Origin: Pristiophorus japonicus
Lineage: Eukaryota
DNA length: 64,000 nt
Direction: 5' to 3'
Assembly: GCF_044704955.1 (NCBI RefSeq)
Contig: NC_091999.1
Coordinates: forward strand, 15,252,001-15,316,000
The notes under the pieces are model-generated. The model had not been told where the DNA came from, did not search any database, and saw nothing but the letters and a program-made list of their open reading frames with translations. The position numbers and the translations under genes were made by a program. Positions 54,073-64,000 of this stretch are shown in pieces. Each line of letters opens with the position of its first letter. Positions within the stretch are counted from its first letter, which is position 1.

Positions 54073-57000
54073 AAACATAGAAAACATACAAACATAGAAA
54101 ATCGGTGCAGGAGTAGGCCATTCGCCCTTCGAGGCTGCACCGCTATTCAATGAGTTCATGGCTGAACATGAAACTTCATTACCCCATTCCTGTTTTCTCG
54201 CCACACCCCTTGATCCCCCTAGTAGTAAGGACTACATCTTACTCCTTTTTGAATATATTTAGTGAATTGGCCTCAACAATTTTCTGTGGTAGAGAATTCC
54301 ACAGTTCAGCACTCTCTGGGAGAAGGCGTATCTCCTCATCTCGGTCCTAAATGGTTTACCCCTTATCCTTAGACTGTGACTCCTGGTTCTGGACTTCCCC
54401 AACATTGGGAACATTCTTCCTACATCTAACCTGTCTAAACCTGTCAGAATTTTAAACGATTCTATGAGATCCCCTCTCATTCTTCTGAACTCCAGTGAAT
54501 ACAAGCCCAGTTGATCCTGTCTTTCATGATATGTCAGTCCCGCCATCCCGGGAATTAGTCTGGTGAACCTTCGCTGCACTCCCTCAATAGCAAGAATGTC
54601 CTTCCTCAAGTTAGGAGACCAAAACTGTACACAATACTCCAGCCTCACCAAGGCCCTGTACAACTGTAGGAACACCTCCCTGCCCCTGTACTCAAATCCC
54701 CTCGCTAAGAAGGCCAACATGCCATTTACTTTCTTAACCGCCTGCTGTACCTGCATGCCAACCTTCCATGGGTGATGTACCATGATACCCAGGTCTCGTT
54801 GCACCTCCCCTTTTCCTCATCTGTCATCATTCAGATAATCATCTGTCTCTCTGTTTTTACCACCAAAGTAGATAACCTCACATTTATTCACATGATACTT
54901 CATCTGCCATGCATTTACCCACTCACCTAACCTATCCAAGTTAGTCTGCAGCCTCATAGCATCCTCCTCGCAGCTCACACTGCCACCCAACTTAATGTCA
55001 TCCGCAAATTTGGAGACACTACATTTAATCCCCTCGCCTAAATCATTAATGTACAATGTAAACAGCTGGGATCCCAGCACAGAAGCTTGCGGTACCCCAC
55101 TAGTCACTGCCTGCCATTCTGAAAAGTACCCATTTACTCGTACTCTTTACTTCCTGTCTGCCTAACAGTTCTCAATCCACGTCAACACATTACCCCAAAT
55201 CCCATGTGCTTTAACTTTGCACATTAATCTCTTGTGTGGGACCTTGTTGAAAGCCTTCTGAAAGTCCACATACACCACCAACTGGTTCTCCCTTGTCCAC
55301 TCTACTGGAAACATACTCAAAGAATTCCAGAAGATTTGTCAAGAATGTTTTCCCTTTCACAAATCCATGCTGACTTGCACCTATCATGTCACTTCTTTCC
55401 AAATGCGCTGCTCTGACATCCTTAATAATTGATTCCATCATTTTACACACTACCGATGTCAGGCTGACAGGTCGATAATTCCCTGTTTTCTCTCTCCCTC
55501 CTTTTTTAAAAAGTGGGGTTACATTTGGCTACCCTCCACTCCATAGGACCTGATCCAGAGTCTATGGAACGTTGGAGAATGACTATCAATACATCCGCTA
55601 TTTGCAAGGCCCACCTCCTTAAGTACTCTGGGATGCAGACGATCAGGCCCTGGGGATTTATCGGCCATCAGTCCCATCAATTTCCCCAACACAATTGCCC
55701 GACTAATAAGGATTTCCCTCTGTTCCTCCTTCTTACGAGACCCTCTTGCCCCTTTTATATCCGAAAGGTTGTTTGTGTCCTCCTCGGTGAATACCGAACC
55801 AAAGTGGTCTGCCATTTGTTTGTTCCCAGTTATGACTTCCCTTGATTCTGACTGCAGGAGACCTACGTTTGTCCTCACTAACCTTTTTCGCTTTACATAT
55901 CTATAGAAGCTTTTGCAGTCCATTTTAATGTTCCCTGCAAGCTTCCTCTCGTACTCTATTTTCCCTGCCCTAATCAAACCCTTTGCCCTCCTCTGCTGAG
56001 TTCTCAATTTCTCCCAGTCCCCGGATTCGCTGCTATTTCTGGCCAATTTGTATGCCACTTCCTTGGATTTAATACTATCCCCGATTTCCCTTGATAGCCA
56101 CCTTCCCTTTTTTTTTCGCCAGACAGGAATGTACAATTGTTGTAGTGCATCCATGCGGTCTCTAAATGTCTGCCATTGCCCATCCACTGTCAACCCCTTA
56201 AGAATCATTCGCCAATCTACCCTAGCCAATTCACGCCTCATACCTTCAAAGTTACCCTTCTTGAAGTTCTGGACCATGGTCTCTGAATTAACTGTTTCAT
56301 TCTCCATCCTAATGTAGAATTCCACCATATTATGGTCACTCTTCCACAAGGGGCCTCGCACGACGAGATTGTAAATGAATCCCCTCTCATTACACAACAC
56401 CCAGTCTAAGATGGTCTCCCCCACAATTGGTTCCTCGACATATTGGTCGAGAAAACCATCCCTTATGCAATCTAGGAAATCCTCCTCCACCGTATTGCTT
56501 CCAGTTTGGTTAGCCCAATCTATATGCATATTAAAGTCACCCATGATAACTGCTGCATCTTTATTGCATGCATTCCTATTTTCCTGTTTGATGCCCTCCC
56601 CAACATCACTACTACTGTTTGGAGGTCTGTACACAACTCCCACAAGCATTTTCTGTCCTTTGGTATTCCGCAGCTCCACCCATACCGATTCCACATCATC
56701 CAAGCTAATGTCTTTCCTTACAATTGCATTATTTTCCTCTTTAACCAGCAACGCCACCCCACCTCATTTTCCTTTCTGTCTATCCGTCCTAAATGTTGAA
56801 TACACTTGTATGTTGAGTTCCCAGCCTTGGTCACCCTGGAGCCATGTCTCCGTGATGCCAACCACATCGTAACCGTTAACTGCTATCTGCACAGTTAATT
56901 TGTCCACCTTATTCCGAATACTCCTCTCATTGAGGTACAGAGCCTTCAGGCTTGCCTTTTAACACACTTTGACCCTTTACAACTTTGCTGCAAAGTGGCC

Positions 57001-58447
57001 CTTTATGTTCTTTGCCTTGGGTTTCTCTGCCCTCCAATTTTACTCATCTCCTTTCTGTCTTTTGCTTCTGTCTCCATGTTGTTTCCCTCTGTCTCCCTGC
57101 ATTTATTCCCATTCCCCTGCCATATTAGTTTCACTCCTCCCCGACAGCACTAGCAAACGCTCCTCCTAGGACATTTGTTCCGGTCCTGCCTTGGTGCAGA
57201 CCGTCCGGTTTGTACTGGTCTCACCTCACCCAGAACCGGTTCCAATGCCCCAGGAATTTGAATCCCTCCCTGCTGCACCACTGCTCAAGTCACGTATTCA
57301 TCTGAGCTATCCTGCGATTCCTACTCTGACTAGCACGTGGCACTGGTAGCAATCCCGAGATTACTACTTTTGAGGTCCAACTTTTTAATTTAACTCCATC
57401 TCCTTAAATTCGTCCCATAGGACCTCATCCCGTTTTTTCCTATATCGTTGGTAACAATGTGCACCACGACAACTGTCTGTTTACCCTCCCTTTTTAGAAT
57501 GTCCTGCACCCGCTCTGAGACATCCTTGACCCTTGCACCAGGGAGGCAACATACCTTCCTGGAGTCTCGGTTGCGGCCGCAGAAACGCCTATCTATTCCC
57601 CTTACAATTGAATCCCCTGTCACTATCGCTCTCTCGCTCTTTTTCCTGCCCTCCTTTGCAGCAGAGCCAGCCACGATGCCATGAACTTGGCTGCTGCTGC
57701 TCCCTCCTGATGAGTCATCCCCCTCAACAGTATTCAAAGCGGTGTATCTGTTTTTCCAGGGGATGACCGCAGGGGATCCCTGCAATACGTTCCTTGCTCT
57801 TCCTGTCGGTCTTCCATTCCCTATCTGCCTGTGGACCCTTTAGCTGCGGTAAGACCAACTCACTAAACGTGCTATTCACGTCATTCTCAGCATCGTGGAT
57901 GCTCCACAGTGAATCCACCCTCAGCTCCAATTCCGCAACGTGGTCCATCAGGAGCTGCAGGCGGTTACACTTCCCACATACGTAGTCGTCAGGGATACCG
58001 GAGGCGTCCCTGATTCCCACATAGTACAGGAGGAGCATAACACGTGTCCAAGCTCTCCTGCCATGACTTTACCCTTAGATTAACTTAAATTGGCAACAAA
58101 AATGCTGAAGGTTACTTACTGATAAAGAAAAAGGAAAAGCTACTCAGCAATGACCAGCCAATCACTTACCCCCTTGGCTGTGACGTCACCTTTCTATTTC
58201 TTTCTACTTCTTTTTTGCCCTCTCCCTATAGCTGCACTGGCTCGCCTCTTGTAGGCCTCTCGCCGACACACGTCTCTCTGACGCACCTCCCGATGCCTCT
58301 CGCGGCCTCTTGTAGGCCTCTCGCTGACCCCGGACTCACGTCTCTCCGATGCAGCTCCCAACGCCTCTCGTGGCCTCTTGTCGGCCTCTCGCCGACCCCG
58401 GACTTACGTCTCTCCGACGCACCTCCCGACGCCTTTCGCGGTCTCTT
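54073..58447 (-). mobile_element. Near full-length CR1-clade LINE (5'UTR, ORF1, ORF2, 3' tail), frameshifted, antisense in the J-C intron
   Basis: ORF1 from 58064: CSSC...CGKC zinc finger and SGNH esterase (GDSIVR, CLPGARV, DGLH). ORF2 ~56950-54185: APE endonuclease (VYRPP, MGDFN, SDHN) and RT (GVPQASVLG, KFADD, LEYCVQFWSP). Short repeat 3' tail (TATGTT-type). Confidence 0.93.
58240..58447 (-). repeat. ~60-bp GC-rich tandem repeat in CR1 5'UTR (about 3 copies)
   Basis: Repeated GCCTCTTGTAGGCCTCTCGCCGAC...CACGTCTCTCCGACGCACCTCCCGA. Confidence 0.75.
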
Positions 58448-58449
58448 CC

Positions 58450-59630
58450 TGATGGGACAGTGTAGAGGGAGCTTTACTCTGCATCTAACCCCGTGCAGTA
58501 CCTGCCCTGGGAGTGTTTGATGCGACAATGTAGAAGGAGCTTTACTCTGTATCTTACCCAATGCTGTGCCTATTGGGCGGATTGTTGGCACAGTGTAGAA
58601 AGAATTTTACTCGGAATCTAAACCTTGCTTTATTTGACCCGGAGTGTCTGACAGGATAGTATAGTTTAATATGAATTCAACCTTTGCCATACGGGAAATT
58701 ACAGCGCCAGACAGGGCAGTGAAGATGGAGATTATACTCTATCGTATCTATCCCATATCTGATTTGAGTGTTTTTCCAACAATATTGAAGGAACCTCAAA
58801 CTACATCTAACTAATAAGATATTGAATTGGTAATTTTAAATATTTTGAATGTCAGATAATCAGTGAATGAGATTGGTCTGATGCTAAGCTCTCTTTCAGA
58901 ACAAACAGTTTCAGGAAAGCTGCGCCTAGTCTGATCTGACGGGTGCATCAATTTATTTTGACAATTTTAATAGGCAGTGTGATGCATCACTCTGTATGTA
59001 ACCCGTGCTGTACCTGCACTGGGACTGTTTGATGGGACTGTGCAGAGGGAGCTTTACTCTGCATTTCACCCATACTGCACCTGCCCCGGTAATGTTTGAT
59101 GGGACAGTGTAGAGGGAGCTTTACTCTGTATCTAATCCGTGCTTTACCTGCACCGGGACTGTTTGGTAGGACAGTGCAGAGGTAGCTTTACTCTGCATCT
59201 AACCCGTGCTTTATCTTATCTGGTAGTGTTTGATAGAACATTGCAGAGGGAACTTTACGTAGTATTTAACCCCTTACTTAAAACGACGTGGAGTTTAATT
59301 AGAACCTTCAATATCGATTGATCTTCTATTTAATCAGTGCTATATGTGAGCTGGTGTGCTCTAATGGGACGCTTTACTTTGTATATAATTGTGCTTAATC
59401 TAATCGGTAAATTTGATAATGCATTTTATGGAGAGACATTTCGTAGCACATCTCTGCCACACTGGAGCTGGGAATGTTTGAGGGGACAGTATGGATAACG
59501 TATCACTCTGTGTTCAACCTTTGCTATACCTGTCCTGACCCACATGGCAGCATAGCGAGAGCTTTGCTCTATCTTATCCGTGCTGTGTCTGACCTGAGAG
59601 TGCTTGGTCAGGCAGTGCTCAGGGAACGGT
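58450..59630 (+). repeat. 67-bp minisatellite patches in J-C intron (first unit at ~54005-54070, split off by CR1)
   Basis: Same consensus, increasingly degenerate downstream. Confidence 0.8.
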
Positions 59631-60289
59631 TAGCTGCGATTAACTGATAAACTGCGAGTGCTGGAGCCAGATAGATATAATAAATCGTCCCATTGCCCAG
59701 GTTAAACAACGCACATTCATTGATGTTTTCATTCTTTCTGAAAAAATGCCCAATTTTAATGAGTTAGTAATGTTGGAACATTTTGACCACCGGTTTATTA
59801 TTCAATGTGATTGGCCTGATCCTCAGCTCACTTTCAGAACAAACAGGAAGTGAATAACGCTCCAGAAAGCAGCGCTTGTTCTGAGCTGTTGGGAGGCTGC
59901 AAATTATTTTCACAATTTAAATGGAGAATGTAGAGACTCCCGCTTCAAATAACCGTCATGGGGACCTCATGTTTAGAAACATTATGTTGTCCAATTCTTC
60001 GAGATGCAGCTATTGGCCTGGATCAGAACACAAGGCACACAGTCCCTGAGCTGCAATTCTGTGAAACATTTAAAGAGATAGACTCAACCTGCAATAAGTC
60101 ATCATTCGCAATGAACTTTAAACCTTTATCACAGCATCCGATTGACTAAGTTGCATCAGATTTATAAGATTCCTTTCCTTCAAATATCCTCTTACATTAT
60201 AACGAACAATAAACATAGATCTGGTAGAGGTGTCCAAAATAAGAAGAGTTTCCTTCCATTAAATCTAGAAGAACTATTCCCACTGACTC

Positions 60290-61210
60290 GTGTAGAATGA
60301 TAGCATCTCATGCACTGAAATAGGCCATTCGGCCATCGTTCCTGTGCCGGATTTGAAAGAACTGTCCAATTTAGTCCAACACCCCAGGGTTTTTCTTGTA
60401 AACGTGCAAATGAGTCCTCCGGACGTACAGGAGGAACTGCCTGGAGCATTCCCGAAATTACCAACCCTCTGGGTGAAACAATTACTGCAATTTCCCCTTT
60501 TGATCTTTTGCCAATTATTTTAAATCTGTGACTTTTGGTTACCCACCTACTTTCCACCGGACGCGGTTTCTCCCTACTTGCTCTATCAAAACCTGACATA
60601 ATGTTGAATATCTCTCTTAGGTCTCCTCTTAACCTCTACTCTAAGGAGAACATCCCAGCTTCTCCAATCACTCCACATGACTGAAGACCCCATCCCTGGT
60701 ATCATCCTGATAAAAGCCACTCCTGTACACTCTCCAAGGGGTTGACATCTTTCCTACATTGTTGTGCCAGAATTGTACACAATACTCCAGCTGAGGCCTA
60801 ACCCGTGATCTGTAAATGTTTAGCATAACCGCCTTGTTTTTTCAGTCAATGCCCCTATTTGAAAAGTCAATATTCCATCTGCTTTCATAACAGCCTTACC
60901 AGCTTGCCCTGTCACCAACAACAATTTGAGAATATATACATCTAGATCTCTCTTTTCGTGCATCCCCTCAAAACAGTACAATTTAGATTATACTGTCTTT
61001 CGATGTTCCAGCCAAAGTGCACCGCTTCTCAATTATCCACATTAAATAGCACCTGCCATGTCCTGGCCCATTTCACTGGTCTATCTGTTTCCTCATGAAG
61101 TCTGCTGCTATCATGTTCACTATTCGCTACGTTGCTAGGTTTTACAATCACCTTCGAATTTCGAAATTGTAATCCCAACACCCAAGTCCAGGTCATTTTA
61201 TATAACAAGA
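60290..61210 (-). mobile_element. Old degenerate CR1 in J-C intron
   Basis: DRASREK...SHRFKI and DRPVKWARTWQVLFN remnants. Confidence 0.7.
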
Positions 61211-61941
61211 ACAACAATGGAAATTGAAATGGGCCATTTAAGGAGAAATTTCCAATTAAACGGATTTTTGAATGGTATTTAATTCGGATTATTAATTGAG
61301 TGGGAGGGAGGAGGAAACTCAAGAAACATGCGTTCAATAGGATGGGATGGAGCCCAGATCACAGTGCGCTGGAGGACATCGCTCTACCTCAAATGCTGAG
61401 AAGGAAAGGGAGAGATTCTACTCAATCTCCAGTCATCTACAGCTTCTATCTTAGAAAGTAGATTGTGGAAATGCTCCTGTTGAATTCTGTGGTAGTCAAG
61501 TTTTGAGGGTATTTTGCTAATTCCCTAAGCAGGAATTCCACGGTTACGTTTGAAGTGCAGTCACTGTTGTGATATACCGCAGGCAATGTGCACAGAGCAA
61601 ATTTCCCCAAACTGCAATTAAATAAGTGGTGCTGATTGAGAAATAAACGATGGCCGAAATACCAGGAACACATCTCTGCTCTTCTACTGTATGATCCAGT
61701 GAAGATTTCTCTATTGAGGAGATGTGTAAAAGTTCTTGTTGTGTAATGCAATAGAGCTCGGGGATAGAGAGATGTGTTCCTGACCAGGGCATCGACAGGA
61801 GCTTATGATGAAGCTGAGAGAAGCTCAAATGCCCGTGCCGTCTTTGATGGGAAAATGGTGGAATTAATTTATTCTGCAGTTAAATTTCGAGTTGTTTACT
61901 TCTTTTATAAGCACGGATTACAGAGTCTAACTTGTTCCCAG

Positions 61942-62241
61942 TAACACCGTATTCCCCCACCCTCTACGCCCTGCTATCCTCCTGTGAACAACCCAGCACT
62001 GATGGCTCCATCACGTACGGCTGTTTGGCGATGGACTTCTCCCCCGAAATCACCAGCCTTTCCTGGAAGAAAGATAAAGAGCCGATTACCACTGGATTGA
62101 AGACATATCCGTCGGTGCTCAACAAAAAGGGAACCTACACCAGCAACAGCCAGTTAACCATCACTGAATCAGAGATGGGCAGCAGCACAATCTACTGCGG
62201 GGTTCGACGTGGTGGGTCCATCTGGAACATCACAATGTAGT
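61942..62241 (+). pseudogene. IGHM: IgM constant exon C-mu1 with in-frame TAG at 62238-62240
   Basis: Acceptor ttgttcccAG (61941). (V)[98 protein letters not shown], a C1-set Ig domain typical of shark mu CH1. The 3' boundary is inferred. Confidence 0.92.
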
Positions 62242-62307
62242 GTGGGGTACAGGGCAAACTGATAAGGTGAGAAGGTATGTTCAACTTGTATTGAAGCTTA
62301 GTTAGAC

Positions 62308-62649
62308 CACACTTAGAATACTGTGAACAGTTCTGGTGTCCATATCACATTTAAAATATTGTGCACAGTTCAGGTCTCCTTATCACACTTGGAATATTGT
62401 TTAGAGTCCTGGTCTCCATATCAAACTTAAAATAACCTGCACAGTTCTGGTCCCCATATCACACTTAGAATACTGTGTACAGTTCAGGTCTCCATATTAC
62501 ACTTAGAATACTGTACACATTTCTGGTCTCCATATCATACTTAGAATAGTATGCACAGCTCTGGTCTCCATATCACACTTAGAATATTATGCACAGTTAC
62601 GGTCTGCATATTACACTGAGAATACTGTGCACAGTTCTGGTCTCTGTAA
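62308..62649 (+). repeat. 38-bp minisatellite (9 copies) derived from CR1, in Cmu1-Cmu2 intron
   Basis: CACACTTAGAATACTGTGCACAGTTCTGGTCTCCATAT corresponds to CR1 HLEYCVQFWSPY coding sequence. Confidence 0.88.
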
Positions 62650-62762
62650 ATGCCAGGTTAGTGTTAGTCTGACAGCAAAGAACATGTTAAAATATAAGGA
62701 CACTTTGAATTTTTAAATCATTTATTTTGCAAGCAATGTCAATAAACTGTCTTCTCTTGAAG

Positions 62763-63080
62763 GTCCTGAACGGAACATCATTCCTCCAACTGTTCTCCTC
62801 ACGCTGAGTTCCACTGAACAAATCATCAACAGCAGATATGCAAGCGCCGTGTGTTCAATCATCGATTTTAGGCCAAAGTCACTGACCGTGAATTGACTGA
62901 AGAGTGGACAACTTCTGGATTCGGGCTTTGTCACTTCTTCGGTCTTTGAGGTGAACGGGAACTTCTCGACGGCCAGTCGGCTGACAGTCCCCGCCGAGGA
63001 ATGGTTCACCGGCTCGGTCTACACCTGCCAGGTCACTCATGAAGGGTTCACACAAAGCCGTAACTTCACTAGATCTCAGG
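62763..63080 (+). pseudogene. IGHM: IgM constant exon C-mu2 with nonsense codon at the conserved Trp (TGA 62894-62896)
   Basis: Acceptor ctcttgaAG (62762), donor G|GTAAGA (63081). [104 protein letters not shown]. Confidence 0.93.
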
Positions 63081-63204
63081 GTAAGAGGCACAATCCCGGG
63101 AGGTTCCAGACCATTCTGAGCGCTGATCTCATCAGGTCTTTTATTGGAATTATTAAAAAGCACACAACAATTCCTAATTTCCAATCATGCGGTGTGTGTA
63201 TTAT

Positions 63205-63640
63205 TCCGATACAAACTTGCCTTTGTACAGCGCATTTAGCGACCTCAGTCTGAACCAAAGCGCTTACCAGCCAATGAATTACGTTGAGAAATGTGGTCAC
63301 AGTTGGAATGTACAACGTGCGGCAGTCATTTAGTGCACAGCACAACTAGCAGTGTGCTAATGACCAGATTATATTTTGCTTGGTAGTGTTTTTCGAGATA
63401 TAAATATTCCCAGGCCACTATGGAGAACTCCAATGCTAATCATTGAAATAATTCCAGGGGAACTTTTACTTCCACCTGAGAGGCCAGACGGATCCTTAGT
63501 TTAAAACCTGATCCGACAGACGGCACCACCGATAGTGCACCACACCCCCAGTACTGCACTGGGAGACTCAGCTTAAATTTTGTGATCAAATATCTGGAGT
63601 TGGATTCAACCCACGATCTACTGGTTCAGGATTCCTCATT
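63205..63640 (-). mobile_element. Degenerate DeuSINE in Cmu2-Cmu3 intron (smaller remnant at ~61540-61720)
   Basis: Reverse complement matches the Deu core and tail. Confidence 0.7.
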
Positions 63641-64000
63641 GTTCAAGATTTAATAACCTCGCCAAAGAAGCTTTCCCCCTGCTCTGATTTCAGGCAGTGA
63701 GTGAAGTGTCCTTAGTCTCAGTTATAACTTGAGTTGGCTGATCATATATGGATCGGCAATAGGAGTCTAAAACCCTTTACTGCTAACTGAGCAGGAACCC
63801 TGCTAGAATGGGCACCGACCCTATTCAGAGCACTAAGCCAATTTCCGGGCTCCGCACGTCAGGAAGGATATAGTGGTCGTGGAGGCGGTAAAGTGCACGT
63901 TTACCCGAATGAAACCGGGGCTAATAAATTAAAATGATGAGGAGACGAGTATAGAATATTAAGAGGTGATCCAATTGTGGTGTTTCAGTTGATAAACTGA

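Larger units (their letters stand above)
49563..63080 (+). pseudogene. IGHM: Shark IgM heavy-chain cluster (L-VH-[DJ]-Cmu1-Cmu2...), probably non-functional; continues beyond window
   Basis: Single V, fused DJ and C exons in cluster organisation. Two nonsense codons and a defective RSS heptamer. Confidence 0.85.

Noticed and set aside
55519-56757. 412-aa ORF as a host gene or active retrotransposase
   Set aside because: CR1 ORF2 endonuclease region broken by frameshifts on both sides.
62308-62649. CRISPR-like periodicity (also the 27- and 67-bp arrays)
   Set aside because: Head-to-tail repeats with no unique spacers, vertebrate context, no cas genes.

Overview
Eukaryotic genomic DNA from a cartilaginous fish. 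The C-mu exons closely resemble horn-shark (Heterodontus) IgM as I recall it, so the species assignment is an inference. The window has two parts. (1) 1-45.4 kb: a degenerate tandem array of ~9-11 kb units (four near-complete, one partial). Each unit has the same order of modules: old CR1 debris, unique block A, a G/A-rich tract, block B, a DeuSINE, block C (perfect octamer in four copies), a 67-bp minisatellite, LINE fragments, block D, a (CA)/(TG) microsatellite or N-run, a CpG-rich block E, block F and a 27-bp minisatellite. Unit-specific CR1 insertions are scattered through it, and it ends in an inverted pair of 27-bp satellite arrays. (2) 49.4-63.1 kb, + strand: one shark-type IgM heavy-chain cluster. 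It has an octamer-less promoter, a leader exon and an open VH exon with a good 23-RSS. These are followed by a single 12-RSS with a damaged heptamer (CACTGTC) directly abutting an in-frame, germline-fused D-J segment. The 11.4-kb J-C intron carries a full-length antisense CR1 LINE. C-mu1 and C-mu2 each contain a nonsense codon; C-mu3 onward lies outside the window. The cluster is probably a pseudogene whose VH may still be recombination-competent. Most ORFs in the supplied track are LINE fragments or satellite artefacts.
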